IMG/VR virus record: IMGVR_UViG_3300032285_001531
Reading direction: 5' to 3' (one strand)
Length of the DNA stretch: 64,000 nucleotides
From: a virus
Taxonomy: Duplodnaviria > Caudoviricetes
The translations under genes and the position numbers were made by a program. Shown piece after piece: positions 8,653-17,973 of the stretch (positions are counted from its first letter, which is position 1; each line of letters opens with the position of its first letter). The notes under the pieces are model-generated. The model ran no database searches. It was not told the DNA's origin and worked only from the letters and a program-made list of their open reading frames with translations.

Positions 8653-9984
8653 ATGAGCGCAAGCTGGATCAATAAATTAAACGAATCGGATAGCAGACTT
8701 CACAAAGAAGATGTTATCCGACAAGCATTGGAAGCTGCCGTATTAGGTAGTGAAAATGCTATTACCTTTTTGAGTTTCACTAAAGCATGTTACAATCCTT
8801 ATGTAACGTTTGGTGTTAAACAACTACCAGAAACATTTGGTATTGAAGATGCTGAGAATCCTTGGGCTGAGTTTAATAGTTTGATGTGTGACCTATCCCA
8901 ACGTAGATTGACTGGACACGCTGCACGTGATGCTATTCAATCTATGAGTGAAAGATTTGATAGCAATGAATGGAACACGTTCTTAAAGCCTGTGCTAGGT
9001 AAAGACTTACGTGCAGGTATCAGTGATAAAACAATCAACAAAATTTGTAATAATACTGATTACGAAGTGCCTATATTTGGTTGTCAACTAGCAACCAATT
9101 GTGAAGGTCGCCCTGAGATGAAGGGCAAGAAAAGATTAGAGCCAAAGCTTGATGGTGTTCGTGTTATTATGGTAGTACAGATACAAGACATAGACAATAT
9201 CTATGTTACAAGTTTTAGCCGTAATGGTAAACACTTTAGTAACTTTGGTCACATTGAAAAACAAGTTGCTGACTATGCCTCACAGTTTATGTACTTAAGT
9301 GCAGGCTTATCAGGTGGTTATATACTTGACGGTGAAGTTGTAGGTAATAGCTTCCAAGAACTAATGCGTCAAGCAAGACGTAAAGAAAACGTACAAGCAG
9401 AAGATAGTGTGTTTCATATCTTTGACATTCTTCCAATAGAAGATTTCAACAGAGGTTATTGGAATGCACAATTGCACAAACGTATTGCTATTTTAGAGAA
9501 AGTGCGTACAATAATAGATCGTATGCCTAACGTAGAATTATTAGACCATATTATGGTTGATCTTGACTATAGTGAAGGGCATGACCAACTCAATCGTTAT
9601 GCTAAAGATATGGTTAATCTAGGCTATGAAGGCATTATGATTAAAGATGTTGATGCACCCTATGTATGTAAACGTAGTACTGACTGGATGAAGTGGAAGC
9701 CAACTATCACAGTTGATTTAACTGTTATTGCAATTGAACAAGGTACAGGACGTAACAGCGAACGATTAGGTGCATTAGTATGCGAAGGTGAAGATGATGG
9801 TAAGCATATCACTGTTAACGTAGGTAGTGGTTATAGTGATGAAGATAGAGAAGAATACTGGTCTAACCAAGATGCAGTGATAGGAAGAACTGCAGAAGTA
9901 TTATGTGATGCAGTGACACAAAATAGAGATGGCACGTACAGTTTACGTTTCCCTCGCTTTGTGCGATTTAGGGACGACAAATAA
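8653..9984 (+). CDS. ATP-dependent DNA ligase
   Basis: EPKLDGVR (motif I), LDGE, FDIL, EGIMIK, KWKP, SLRFPRF. Confidence 0.93.
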   Translation: MSASWINKLNESDSRLHKEDVIRQALEAAVLGSENAITFLSFTKACYNPYVTFGVKQLPETFGIEDAENPWAEFNSLMCDLSQRRLTGHAARDAIQSMSERFDSNEWNTFLKPVLGKDLRAGISDKTINKICNNTDYEVPIFGCQLATNCEGRPEMKGKKRLEPKLDGVRVIMVVQIQDIDNIYVTSFSRNGKHFSNFGHIEKQVADYASQFMYLSAGLSGGYILDGEVVGNSFQELMRQARRKENVQAEDSVFHIFDILPIEDFNRGYWNAQLHKRIAILEKVRTIIDRMPNVELLDHIMVDLDYSEGHDQLNRYAKDMVNLGYEGIMIKDVDAPYVCKRSTDWMKWKPTITVDLTVIAIEQGTGRNSERLGALVCEGEDDGKHITVNVGSGYSDEDREEYWSNQDAVIGRTAEVLCDAVTQNRDGTYSLRFPRFVRFRDDK

Positions 9985-10211
9985 TGAGAAGATGGCAAGA
10001 GTATGAAAATAACACGCAATACTATTATGATGATAGTGATGGTATGGTGATTGGACAAGTGCATAGATTTGGTACCTCTAACAGTGTATACACTGCTACA
10101 GTAAAGCCTGATAATATTGACCATGTATTAGGCCAGTTTGTTAGTTCAGACTATGCACGAAACGCAGTACAAAATTTTTGGGATGTACAAGATAGGACAT
10201 TGATAGGATAA
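9984..10211 (+). CDS. hypothetical phage protein
   Basis: TAATG coupling. Confidence 0.65.
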   Translation: MRRWQEYENNTQYYYDDSDGMVIGQVHRFGTSNSVYTATVKPDNIDHVLGQFVSSDYARNAVQNFWDVQDRTLIG

Positions 10212-10444
10212 TGAACGAACGAATTAAAGAACTTGCTAAAGAGGCTACTATATTTTATAGTAACGGACAAGAACTAACTTTTGACAAACGAAAGTTCGCC
10301 GAGTTGATTGTTCAGGAATGTATCGGTAAAGTAACAAAAGTGTCCGATAGTATTAAAGAATTTGATTCTGATAATGCTGATGGGATTGATTTGTGTGATC
10401 TTATTACCTATCATATTAAGAAACATTTCGGAGTTGAAGAATGA
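10211..10444 (+). CDS. hypothetical phage protein (MNERIKELA family)
   Basis: paralogous to 49165-49410 (RIxELA...FAxLIxxEC...IKxHFGV). Confidence 0.7.
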   Translation: MNERIKELAKEATIFYSNGQELTFDKRKFAELIVQECIGKVTKVSDSIKEFDSDNADGIDLCDLITYHIKKHFGVEE

Positions 10445-10662
10445 AAACATTTGATACATTTGAAGAAGTAGTTGGTATGAACCATTGCATGAAAAAGCCT
10501 ATTGTGGTTCATGCTAAAAAGATGGATGTAGAATTTCGTGTTAACACACTAGAAGGTAATTATAAGCAAGGTAAGCCTGGTGATTATCTTATGCGTGGAA
10601 TAGATGGCGAACTATATATATGTGATGGTCCTATCTTTGAAAAAACATACGATTGGGTATAA
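10441..10662 (+). CDS. PGDY-motif small protein
   Basis: TLEG...GKPGDYLMRGIDGELYIC...FEKTY. Confidence 0.7.
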   Translation: MKTFDTFEEVVGMNHCMKKPIVVHAKKMDVEFRVNTLEGNYKQGKPGDYLMRGIDGELYICDGPIFEKTYDWV

Positions 10663-10664
10663 GA

Positions 10665-10805
10665 ATGGAAAGTTTTGAACTAATACAACTATGGATAGTA
10701 TACTTTGCATTACAATGTGTATTATTTTATAGATGGATAGGTATAGACGGAATGATCGGTTCCATGGTCGGCACATTAGCCGTAATGTTATTTCATTATC
10801 TATGA
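10665..10805 (+). CDS. small membrane protein (46 aa)
   Basis: not in ORF track; hydrophobic, ends in ATGA overlap with 10802. Confidence 0.5.
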   Translation: MESFELIQLWIVYFALQCVLFYRWIGIDGMIGSMVGTLAVMLFHYL

Positions 10806-11044
10806 TAACAAAAGTTAAAGCCACCAAGGCTGTAAAAAAGGCTGCAAAGAAAGTTGCAGTAAAAAAGCCAGCAGTAAAAAAGGTTAAATTCAAACCAATT
10901 GATGAGAATGATTATGGTCCTGATTTAACTCATTTTACCTGTTTGTCTTGTAAAAATAAATTTTATGACATACAATTATATTTTAAAGACACTAAATCTA
11001 AAAAGTGTTTATCATGTATTAAATTTCCAAAGGACAGCAAATGA
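10802..11044 (+). CDS. Lys/Ala-rich protein with CxxC...CxxC zinc ribbon
   Basis: KKAAKKVAVKKPAVKK then CLSC and CLSC. Confidence 0.6.
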   Translation: MITKVKATKAVKKAAKKVAVKKPAVKKVKFKPIDENDYGPDLTHFTCLSCKNKFYDIQLYFKDTKSKKCLSCIKFPKDSK

Positions 11045-11637
11045 AAACTTATACAATTGAAATTTATAGTCGAGGTCTTGATGTAGGTATCGGCAAGATT
11101 ACTCAAGCACAATATGAATATTGGAGTGATGAGGATCGTGAATATGATTTGACTGAAGCACTTCAGGACAATTTTGATTATGAAGAACATGAAACTCCTG
11201 AAGAATGTAAACTATATGAATACTATAATGAGTATGAAGATGTATTATTCACATTTGGTCCTGATTTTGAATATCATGAAATGACCATCAAAGATGAAGA
11301 TAACAATATCTTGTACATGGGTGATGTTGATGGATTAGTGTCCGAACATGATCCAGATTATGAAATTGATATGATTGATGGTGGTGATCGTGATTACTAC
11401 ATGAGTGTCATGGAACCTGGTTACTATCTACAATGGTGTAACGGTGGTAAAGGATTGTATTTTGATGGTCAGTTTGAAGCAGAAAGTTTTGATCCAAAGA
11501 AACTAAAATTCAAACGTGTAGAAACTGACTTTGGTGAAGTACTAGATGGCATTTCGTATGATGATGAAAGTATAGAAAATGTTGCCGGCGATTATGATAT
11601 TAAATCATTTGAAGCACGTGTACATTACGTAGAGTAA
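11041..11637 (+). CDS. acidic hypothetical phage protein
   Basis: 198 aa, D/E-rich. Confidence 0.75.
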   Translation: MKTYTIEIYSRGLDVGIGKITQAQYEYWSDEDREYDLTEALQDNFDYEEHETPEECKLYEYYNEYEDVLFTFGPDFEYHEMTIKDEDNNILYMGDVDGLVSEHDPDYEIDMIDGGDRDYYMSVMEPGYYLQWCNGGKGLYFDGQFEAESFDPKKLKFKRVETDFGEVLDGISYDDESIENVAGDYDIKSFEARVHYVE

Positions 11638-11644
11638 ATACTAC

Positions 11645-11860
11645 ATGGATACATCATTCGTTGGTAAAAAACATATATTCCCTGATGGGGTAGAACTCGA
11701 AATAACTCAAATCAAAAGACGTGAGGATGAACCTTGGGTTACATATACTATCAAGCAAGGAAACAGTATTCCTAGAAAATTAGTTATGAAAGTATCTGAG
11801 TTTGTAGGATTATATGGACATTTATTTGGATTAAAAGATGCTCCTCCGAAACGTCCTTAA
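11645..11860 (+). CDS. hypothetical phage protein
   Basis: 71-aa ORF in operon. Confidence 0.65.
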   Translation: MDTSFVGKKHIFPDGVELEITQIKRREDEPWVTYTIKQGNSIPRKLVMKVSEFVGLYGHLFGLKDAPPKRP

Positions 11861-12035
11861 CTATATTAGATATAGTGGGTTAGGTATTACTATTACTGTA
11901 AATCCATTTCATTGGAGATATATTCCACATTTCCGCTACAGATATGACATAGAATGGTCTGACAAAGATATACAAATTTGGGGTTCTTGGTTATTCTTAA
12001 AAATACAGCTACTAATTAGTGATGGCTCTTGGTGA
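11838..12035 (+). CDS. hypothetical phage protein
   Basis: 65-aa ORF in operon. Confidence 0.55.
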   Translation: MLLRNVLNYIRYSGLGITITVNPFHWRYIPHFRYRYDIEWSDKDIQIWGSWLFLKIQLLISDGSW

Positions 12036-12048
12036 TAAATATTAGATT

Positions 12049-13758
12049 ATGATATTCGCAACTATTATTCTTTTTACCGCTGTACTGCTTAGCGCAGTAG
12101 CAGCTTGGTACTCAATAGCAGGTCTTACTGCTATTTTCTCCGCGGCTGTGATACCTGTAATTATTATGGGCGGTACTATGGAGCTTGGTAAGGTTGTCGC
12201 TACAGTTTGGTTACACAATAACTGGAAACGTGCTAACTGGGCATTCAAATCTTATTTGATTCCTGCTATTGCTTTCTTAATGATACTTACAAGTATGGGT
12301 ATCTTTGGTTTCTTAAGTAAAGCACACAGTGATCAAGGTCTAGTATCAGGCGATGCAATGAGTAAAGTTGCTATCTATGATGAAAAGATTAACACAGAAA
12401 AAGACAATGTTGCACAGGCTAAAAAAGCCCTAGAACAAATGAACACGCAGGTTGACCAGATGATGGGTCGTACTGATAGTGATACCGGTGCTCAACGTGC
12501 TGTTAATATTCGTAAGGGTCAAGCTAAAGAACGTGCTGCCCTACAAGCAGAGATTACAAAATCACAAAAGATAATTCAACAGTTACAAGAAGAACGTGCG
12601 CCAATTGCTGCAGAGTTTCGTAAGGTAGAGGCTGAAGTAGGACCTATCAAGTATATTGCTGCGCTTATCTATGGTGACAACCCTGATGCCAACGTATTAG
12701 AACGTGCTGTGCGTTGGGTTATTATTCTTATCGTTGTCGTATTCGATCCGTTAGCACTATGTTTGATTCTTGCAGGTAACAAACAAATTGAATGGGCACG
12801 TGCAGATAAACTTGCTAAACGTAAAGAAGATATAGTTGAGGCTGAAGAAGAAATTTGTGATGTAACTACATTCTTTGATTCATTAAGAAATCAATCTGAA
12901 AAAGAAAAGATTGAAGATGAACAGGCTGAGATTGAAGAGGCTAATAGTAAGTTAGCAGAGATTGAGCCTGAGCATAAGATTGAAATTATTGAACCTGAAG
13001 TTATCAAGCCAGTAATAGAAACTGTTCCCGAGCCAGTTTATGAATCAGTAATGCCTGAGCCACTTCCAGTAGAGCCAGAAGTTATTGTTGAATCTGAAAT
13101 TGAACCATTAACTGACTTTGAAGCAATAGTTGATACTCCAGTTGAGGAAGTAGTTGAATATCCAATACGAGCAATCGTTGAGCATGTTGAAGAACCTGCA
13201 GTTGGTAACTGGGCTCCTGCTATTGGACATGTTGAAGTTGTTGAAACAGTTGATGTAGTTGATACATCAATTGAAGAAGAATTTCCAGAAGTTGAATTTA
13301 GACCATTCACTGAAGAAGAAATTAAAGTGTTAGATAAAGGTCCTGAAATTGAAACAGAAGGACAAACACTTGAAGCATTCAAAAGAATAGGTGATGGCTA
13401 TGTTCAGTATGAAGGCAAGCGTATGCACGAACGTGTATTACGTGTATCTAATCCAGACTTGTTTAGCATCTATGAAGGTAATGGTGCAAACAGTACATTA
13501 TTTGGTACTGCATTCCCACAGTATGCAGCATCAGGTGATATCTATGTCAGAGTTGATGTTCTACCCCATCGTGTTTACAAATTCAGTAAAGACAAATGGA
13601 TAGAAATTAGCAAAGAGACAAGTGATACCTATTTATATAATGACAAGTATATGAACTATTTGATTGAAAAAATAGGATCAGGCGAAGTAGATCCAGACTT
13701 ATTGACATCAACTGAGCAAGAAATGGTTGAGCAATATATCAAAAAGGGTTCCCAATAA
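12049..13758 (+). CDS. multi-pass membrane protein with coiled coil and acidic Pro/Glu linker
   Basis: 3 N-terminal TM helices, coiled coil, TM with DPLA, EP-rich linker, globular C-terminus; TAAATA 7 nt upstream. Confidence 0.75.
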   Translation: MIFATIILFTAVLLSAVAAWYSIAGLTAIFSAAVIPVIIMGGTMELGKVVATVWLHNNWKRANWAFKSYLIPAIAFLMILTSMGIFGFLSKAHSDQGLVSGDAMSKVAIYDEKINTEKDNVAQAKKALEQMNTQVDQMMGRTDSDTGAQRAVNIRKGQAKERAALQAEITKSQKIIQQLQEERAPIAAEFRKVEAEVGPIKYIAALIYGDNPDANVLERAVRWVIILIVVVFDPLALCLILAGNKQIEWARADKLAKRKEDIVEAEEEICDVTTFFDSLRNQSEKEKIEDEQAEIEEANSKLAEIEPEHKIEIIEPEVIKPVIETVPEPVYESVMPEPLPVEPEVIVESEIEPLTDFEAIVDTPVEEVVEYPIRAIVEHVEEPAVGNWAPAIGHVEVVETVDVVDTSIEEEFPEVEFRPFTEEEIKVLDKGPEIETEGQTLEAFKRIGDGYVQYEGKRMHERVLRVSNPDLFSIYEGNGANSTLFGTAFPQYAASGDIYVRVDVLPHRVYKFSKDKWIEISKETSDTYLYNDKYMNYLIEKIGSGEVDPDLLTSTEQEMVEQYIKKGSQ

Positions 13759-13834
13759 TTTACCCAAAAACTGTTGTACTTGAATCCAAACCGCAGTATA
13801 CTACAAACTCTTAAACTTTACTAAGGATTTACAA

Positions 13835-14506
13835 ATGAAAAAGCTTTCAATTGCAGCCGCAATAGCACTCGCTTTGGTTGGTTGTTCTTCAATTTCAGGT
13901 AAGCAAAACAACGGTATTACTCCATCTGCAGATGCTACTGCTCCAATAAAAGAAACTAAAATCAGTACTACATTTACTGATGAAGGTGTAAAGATTGTTT
14001 ATACTACATTTGGTAAACTAGAACGTATTGAAGTTACAGGTCAGGCTCCTGCTTGGAAACGTAACGTCAACATATTAGCTGAGGGTGATGCAATGGACAA
14101 ATTAGTTAAGTTTGTTCATGGTAAAAATGTTTCAAGTGAACGCCGGGTTAAAATCATGAGTAAAGCAATAGACAATGCAAGTGATATCACTGTTAACAAG
14201 TTCAAAAGTAATGAAGGCACATTTGATACTACTGACAAAGAACTCGAAGCCGATATCAACAATAATCGTAACAATGAAGGTTCGCAGAAAGATAATACTG
14301 CAAAGCGCAATGCACGTGTAGTAGATCAAACCGTAACTGAAGCTGTGACTGAAATCACATCAAAAGGTTTCTTACACGGTGTTCGCAAGATTGGTGAATC
14401 AATCAAAGATGACGGTAAAACTTATGTTGCAGTTTATCAGTGGAGCGAACAAGATGCTAATATTGCTGCACAAGTTCGTGATTCAATGCGCAAAAATCAA
14501 AGATGA
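13835..14506 (+). CDS. lipoprotein (LPP20-like)
   Basis: lipobox LVGC; TAAGGA RBS. Confidence 0.7.
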   Translation: MKKLSIAAAIALALVGCSSISGKQNNGITPSADATAPIKETKISTTFTDEGVKIVYTTFGKLERIEVTGQAPAWKRNVNILAEGDAMDKLVKFVHGKNVSSERRVKIMSKAIDNASDITVNKFKSNEGTFDTTDKELEADINNNRNNEGSQKDNTAKRNARVVDQTVTEAVTEITSKGFLHGVRKIGESIKDDGKTYVAVYQWSEQDANIAAQVRDSMRKNQR

Positions 14507-15606
14507 GATATCTAATAACTCTGTTGTTGGCATGTATGTTAAGTGCATGTGCAACAACAGATGGCCCAACTTTAGTAAAACATTCAACACCTAAAGATGT
14601 GCGTGGACCATATAAGGTTTATGCATATGGTCAAACTGTAGTTGAAGCTAAGAAATTATGCTTTAGATATGCAGTTGAACTTGCTATGGGTGTTGCTATT
14701 CAAACTGAACGTGAAATAGTTAATAATGAAGTTGCTAAAAATTACATTCTAAGCCATAGTTCAGGTTTTATTGAAAGTTACAAGATACTAGAAATACGTC
14801 AAGGCAATGAAACAAGTTCTGGACAGTTCTTAGTTCAGATGGAAGTAATGATTCGTCCTACAATACGTGATGAATATGTTTTGTATTCTGCGAAATCTAA
14901 TCAAAAAATTGACGGTGACTTTCTTGCTGGCTCTATTAGCACATACGAAGACCAACGCAAGAGTGGTGATAAACTACTAATGAGTGTCTTAAAAGACTAT
15001 CCTGAAAAAGCATTAGAGTTAGAAGTACAACCAATTAACTTTAAAATGGATGACAGAAACAGATACGTGTATGCTGAGTTTACATACCGAGTTAGATTCA
15101 GCGACAGATATCTTCAATCATTGTCACAAGTATTAAGTCAGGTTAAAGATAGGGACTGTAGTACTTTCTGTAGTGGAATTTATAGTTTTGTTGTGCAATA
15201 TAGAAAACAAAATGATAAGTTACTTGATACAGTAGACCGTTATTACTTTAATGATTTAAATAGACCTGAACTTGCATATAATTGGTTTGGTGGAGATTAT
15301 TTCCCTCAATCTGTAAATGCATTAACTGGCCATGTAATTGATAATAGCAGATATGCTATCAAAGTAGATTTTATAGATACCAGTAAAAGAATATTGAACA
15401 CAGTTTGTTACTATAGTCCAAGTGCTAATAAGTACAAAAATTATAGCGGAAAAAGAACTGAGTTTGGAGTATCGAGTGAGTGGAACCCAAAAGAGACTTT
15501 TATTATTGATCTGAACAAGCCCAAAAATAGAATTAGGGCAAACATTGATTCTGTCAATAATATCACATTGTCTGCGGTGAAACCGCACTTGTGTACCGAC
15601 AAATAA
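14503..15606 (+). CDS. lipoprotein
   Basis: lipobox LSAC; ATGA coupling. Confidence 0.7.
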   Translation: MRYLITLLLACMLSACATTDGPTLVKHSTPKDVRGPYKVYAYGQTVVEAKKLCFRYAVELAMGVAIQTEREIVNNEVAKNYILSHSSGFIESYKILEIRQGNETSSGQFLVQMEVMIRPTIRDEYVLYSAKSNQKIDGDFLAGSISTYEDQRKSGDKLLMSVLKDYPEKALELEVQPINFKMDDRNRYVYAEFTYRVRFSDRYLQSLSQVLSQVKDRDCSTFCSGIYSFVVQYRKQNDKLLDTVDRYYFNDLNRPELAYNWFGGDYFPQSVNALTGHVIDNSRYAIKVDFIDTSKRILNTVCYYSPSANKYKNYSGKRTEFGVSSEWNPKETFIIDLNKPKNRIRANIDSVNNITLSAVKPHLCTDK

Positions 15607-15645
15607 TTTTCTAAGACAATTGGAAGGTTATGATAAGTATTATAT

Positions 15646-16842
15646 ATGGAAGAAGAAAACAAACTAAATCACTGCAGTTTTTGCGGAACTAATAAAGAAT
15701 TTGTTAAGAAGCTTATAGTAGGGGACGGAGTAGCAATTTGTAGCGACTGCGTTGAATTATGTGATGACCTGATTATGGATGATTTTAAGATAGAATCTCC
15801 TAAATCAGAACCCAACTATGATCCTGACAAAATCAAAGCTTATTTGGATGAACACGTAATAGGTCAAGATAGTGCTAAGATTGTACTAAGTGTAGCAATC
15901 AGCAATCATTATAAACGTATTACTCACCCACCTAAAGACCTTGAGATTCAAAAGGGTAATGTACTAATCGTTGGACCTACAGGTTCAGGTAAAACATTGC
16001 TTGCCAAAACAGTTGCAAAATATCTTAAGGTTCCCTTCATTGTTGCTGATGCTACTAGCCTAACTGAAGCTGGTTATGTTGGTGATGATGTAGAGTCAAT
16101 GATTACTATGCTTGTTAATGCTGCAGGAGGTGATGTAGCTTTAGCTGAACAGGGTATTATATTTGTTGATGAAATAGATAAAATCGCACGTAAAGGCGAA
16201 AGTACAAGTATTACCCGTGATGTAAGTGGTGAAGGTGTACAGCAAGCATTATTAAAGCTAGTTGAAGGTACGACTTGCAGAGTATCATCACAAGGTGGCA
16301 GAAAGCATCCGGGCAATGATATGAATGAAATAAACACTAAGAACATATTATTCATTGCAGGAGGAGCCTTTGTTGGTCTGAAAGACGTTATAGCTACACG
16401 TGAAAATGGAACTAGTATTGGATTTAGTGCAAGCATCAAAGATACAAAAATTGAGGGTGATTTAAGTAAAGTTACTCCGGACGATTTAACAAAGTATGGA
16501 ATGATTCCTGAGTTTATTGGACGTTTTACAACTACAGTCAGTATTAGCGAACTGAACAAAGAACAGTTAATTAAGGTTCTTAAGGATGTGAAAAATAACT
16601 ATATCAGTCAGTATAAATATCTATTCAGTTTAGACAAGATAGAACTAAGTTTTACAGACGAAGCTTTAGAACAGATAGCAGAGAATACATTAACGCTAAA
16701 AACTGGGGCTAGAGGCTTACATACTGAGATTGAGCGTGTATTAATGACACACATGTACAATGTGGGCAGATACAAAGAAAATAATATAAAAACGCTAAAT
16801 ATTACTAAGGATGATGTTTTAGAACCTAAATCAATATTATGA
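15646..16842 (+). CDS. clpX: ATP-dependent Clp protease ATP-binding subunit ClpX
   Basis: C4 zinc domain CSFC...CSDC, GPTGSGKT, FVDEIDK, DVSGEGVQQALLK, IGF loop, TGARGL. Confidence 0.95.
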   Translation: MEEENKLNHCSFCGTNKEFVKKLIVGDGVAICSDCVELCDDLIMDDFKIESPKSEPNYDPDKIKAYLDEHVIGQDSAKIVLSVAISNHYKRITHPPKDLEIQKGNVLIVGPTGSGKTLLAKTVAKYLKVPFIVADATSLTEAGYVGDDVESMITMLVNAAGGDVALAEQGIIFVDEIDKIARKGESTSITRDVSGEGVQQALLKLVEGTTCRVSSQGGRKHPGNDMNEINTKNILFIAGGAFVGLKDVIATRENGTSIGFSASIKDTKIEGDLSKVTPDDLTKYGMIPEFIGRFTTTVSISELNKEQLIKVLKDVKNNYISQYKYLFSLDKIELSFTDEALEQIAENTLTLKTGARGLHTEIERVLMTHMYNVGRYKENNIKTLNITKDDVLEPKSIL

Positions 16843-17054
16843 GTGGAAAAAAAGTAATCGTACATGACGGCAATGTTGAGAAAGCATTGCGTAAATTCAA
16901 AAAGAAAGTTGCAGAATCTGGTATTCTGCAAGAAGTACGTGAGCGCCAAGAATATGTCAAACCCAACATCAAACGCAAAGTAGCCAAAAGTCTTGCAAAA
17001 AGACGCTGGAAGAAATTCCTAAAAGATCAAACTCTCCCCAAAAAATTATATTAA
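16839..17054 (+). CDS. rpsU: 30S ribosomal protein bS21
   Basis: VEKALRKFKKKV..SGIL.EVRERQEYVKP..KRK. Confidence 0.9.
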   Translation: MSGKKVIVHDGNVEKALRKFKKKVAESGILQEVRERQEYVKPNIKRKVAKSLAKRRWKKFLKDQTLPKKLY

Positions 17055-17091
17055 CCTAAATAATTTACTTTTTTACGCAAAAAGTATACAC

Positions 17092-17161
17092 TAAATATAC
17101 AAGTAGATGCCGAAGTCGGGTCTACTTAATGTCATAACTTGCTTATTGAAAGGAGATAAAA
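17092..17161 (+). promoter_or_regulatory. late promoter plus ROSE-like RNA thermometer leader of hsp20
   Basis: TAAATA 17092-17097, hairpin 17101-17127, CTTGCTT (17138-17144) able to pair with AAGGAG SD. Confidence 0.65.
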
Positions 17162-17608
17162 ATGACAAATTCAACACTAACCCTTCGTGCCCGCGATATT
17201 CCCGCAATTCATAGATTTGGTATCGGTTTCGATACTATGATAGATGAACTACTACGACTATCCTCGGTACAACAAAGTAATTACCCTCCGTATAACCTTC
17301 TAAAAATAGATGAGGACGTTTTCAATATTGAAATCGCCGTTGCTGGATTCAAAGAAGGCGAAATTGAGGTTACCATAGAAAAAAATGTATTGACCGTTAA
17401 GGGTGCTAAAAAAGACGGCATTCCAGAAAACATCGAATACGTACATCATGGCATCAGTACACGTAATTTTGAGCGCACTTTCCCATTAGCTGAACATATT
17501 GAAGTTAAGGGTGCTATCATACGTGACGGTATGCTAGTTATTGATTTGGTCCGTATCATCCCAGAAGATGAGAAGCCCAAATCTATTGCTATTTCTTACG
17601 TAAAGTAA
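17162..17608 (+). CDS. ibpA: small heat-shock protein Hsp20 (IbpA-like)
   Basis: NYPPYNL, IEIAVAGF, HHGISTRNFERTFPLAEH, DGMLVIDL. Confidence 0.93.
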   Translation: MTNSTLTLRARDIPAIHRFGIGFDTMIDELLRLSSVQQSNYPPYNLLKIDEDVFNIEIAVAGFKEGEIEVTIEKNVLTVKGAKKDGIPENIEYVHHGISTRNFERTFPLAEHIEVKGAIIRDGMLVIDLVRIIPEDEKPKSIAISYVK

Positions 17609-17667
17609 TAAACTAAATAAAAGTGTGCAGTAATTCTGCTGCACACTTTACTCATATAAGGTAAAAG

Positions 17668-17973
17668 ATGGCAAATTCAGATACAAAACTAAAAATTAAA
17701 CCGAACTTTAAGATTCCGGAACCTCCTATGTACAAAATCATTTATATGAATGATGACCATACAAGCATGGACTTTGTAGTTAGCAGCCTAATTGAACATT
17801 TTAATTATAATGCAGATACCGCTGTCAATATTACACAGAATATTCATGTTGAAGGATCAGCTACAGTAGCAGTGTTACCTTATGAGATAGCCGAACAAAA
17901 GGGTATTGAAGTAACTGTAGATGCAAGATCACAGGGATTTCCGTTACAGGTTAAAATAGAACAAGAAGGTTAA
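17668..17973 (+). CDS. clpS: ATP-dependent Clp protease adaptor ClpS
   Basis: PPMYKIIYMNDDHTSMDFV, IHVEGSA, YEIAEQK, GFPLQ. Confidence 0.9.
   Translation: MANSDTKLKIKPNFKIPEPPMYKIIYMNDDHTSMDFVVSSLIEHFNYNADTAVNITQNIHVEGSATVAVLPYEIAEQKGIEVTVDARSQGFPLQVKIEQEG

Noticed and set aside
10745-10790. Two small GC-rich hairpins resembling a riboswitch
   Set aside because: They lie within a coupled 46-aa membrane ORF (10665-10805) and match no riboswitch consensus I recognise.
17620-17649. Strong hairpin between hsp20 and clpS as a pure terminator
   Set aside because: It is ambiguous: the U-tract is short and it directly follows TAAATA (17614-17619), like the 5' hairpins of pqqA, hsp20 and dnaK. It may be a leader structure, so it is not called.
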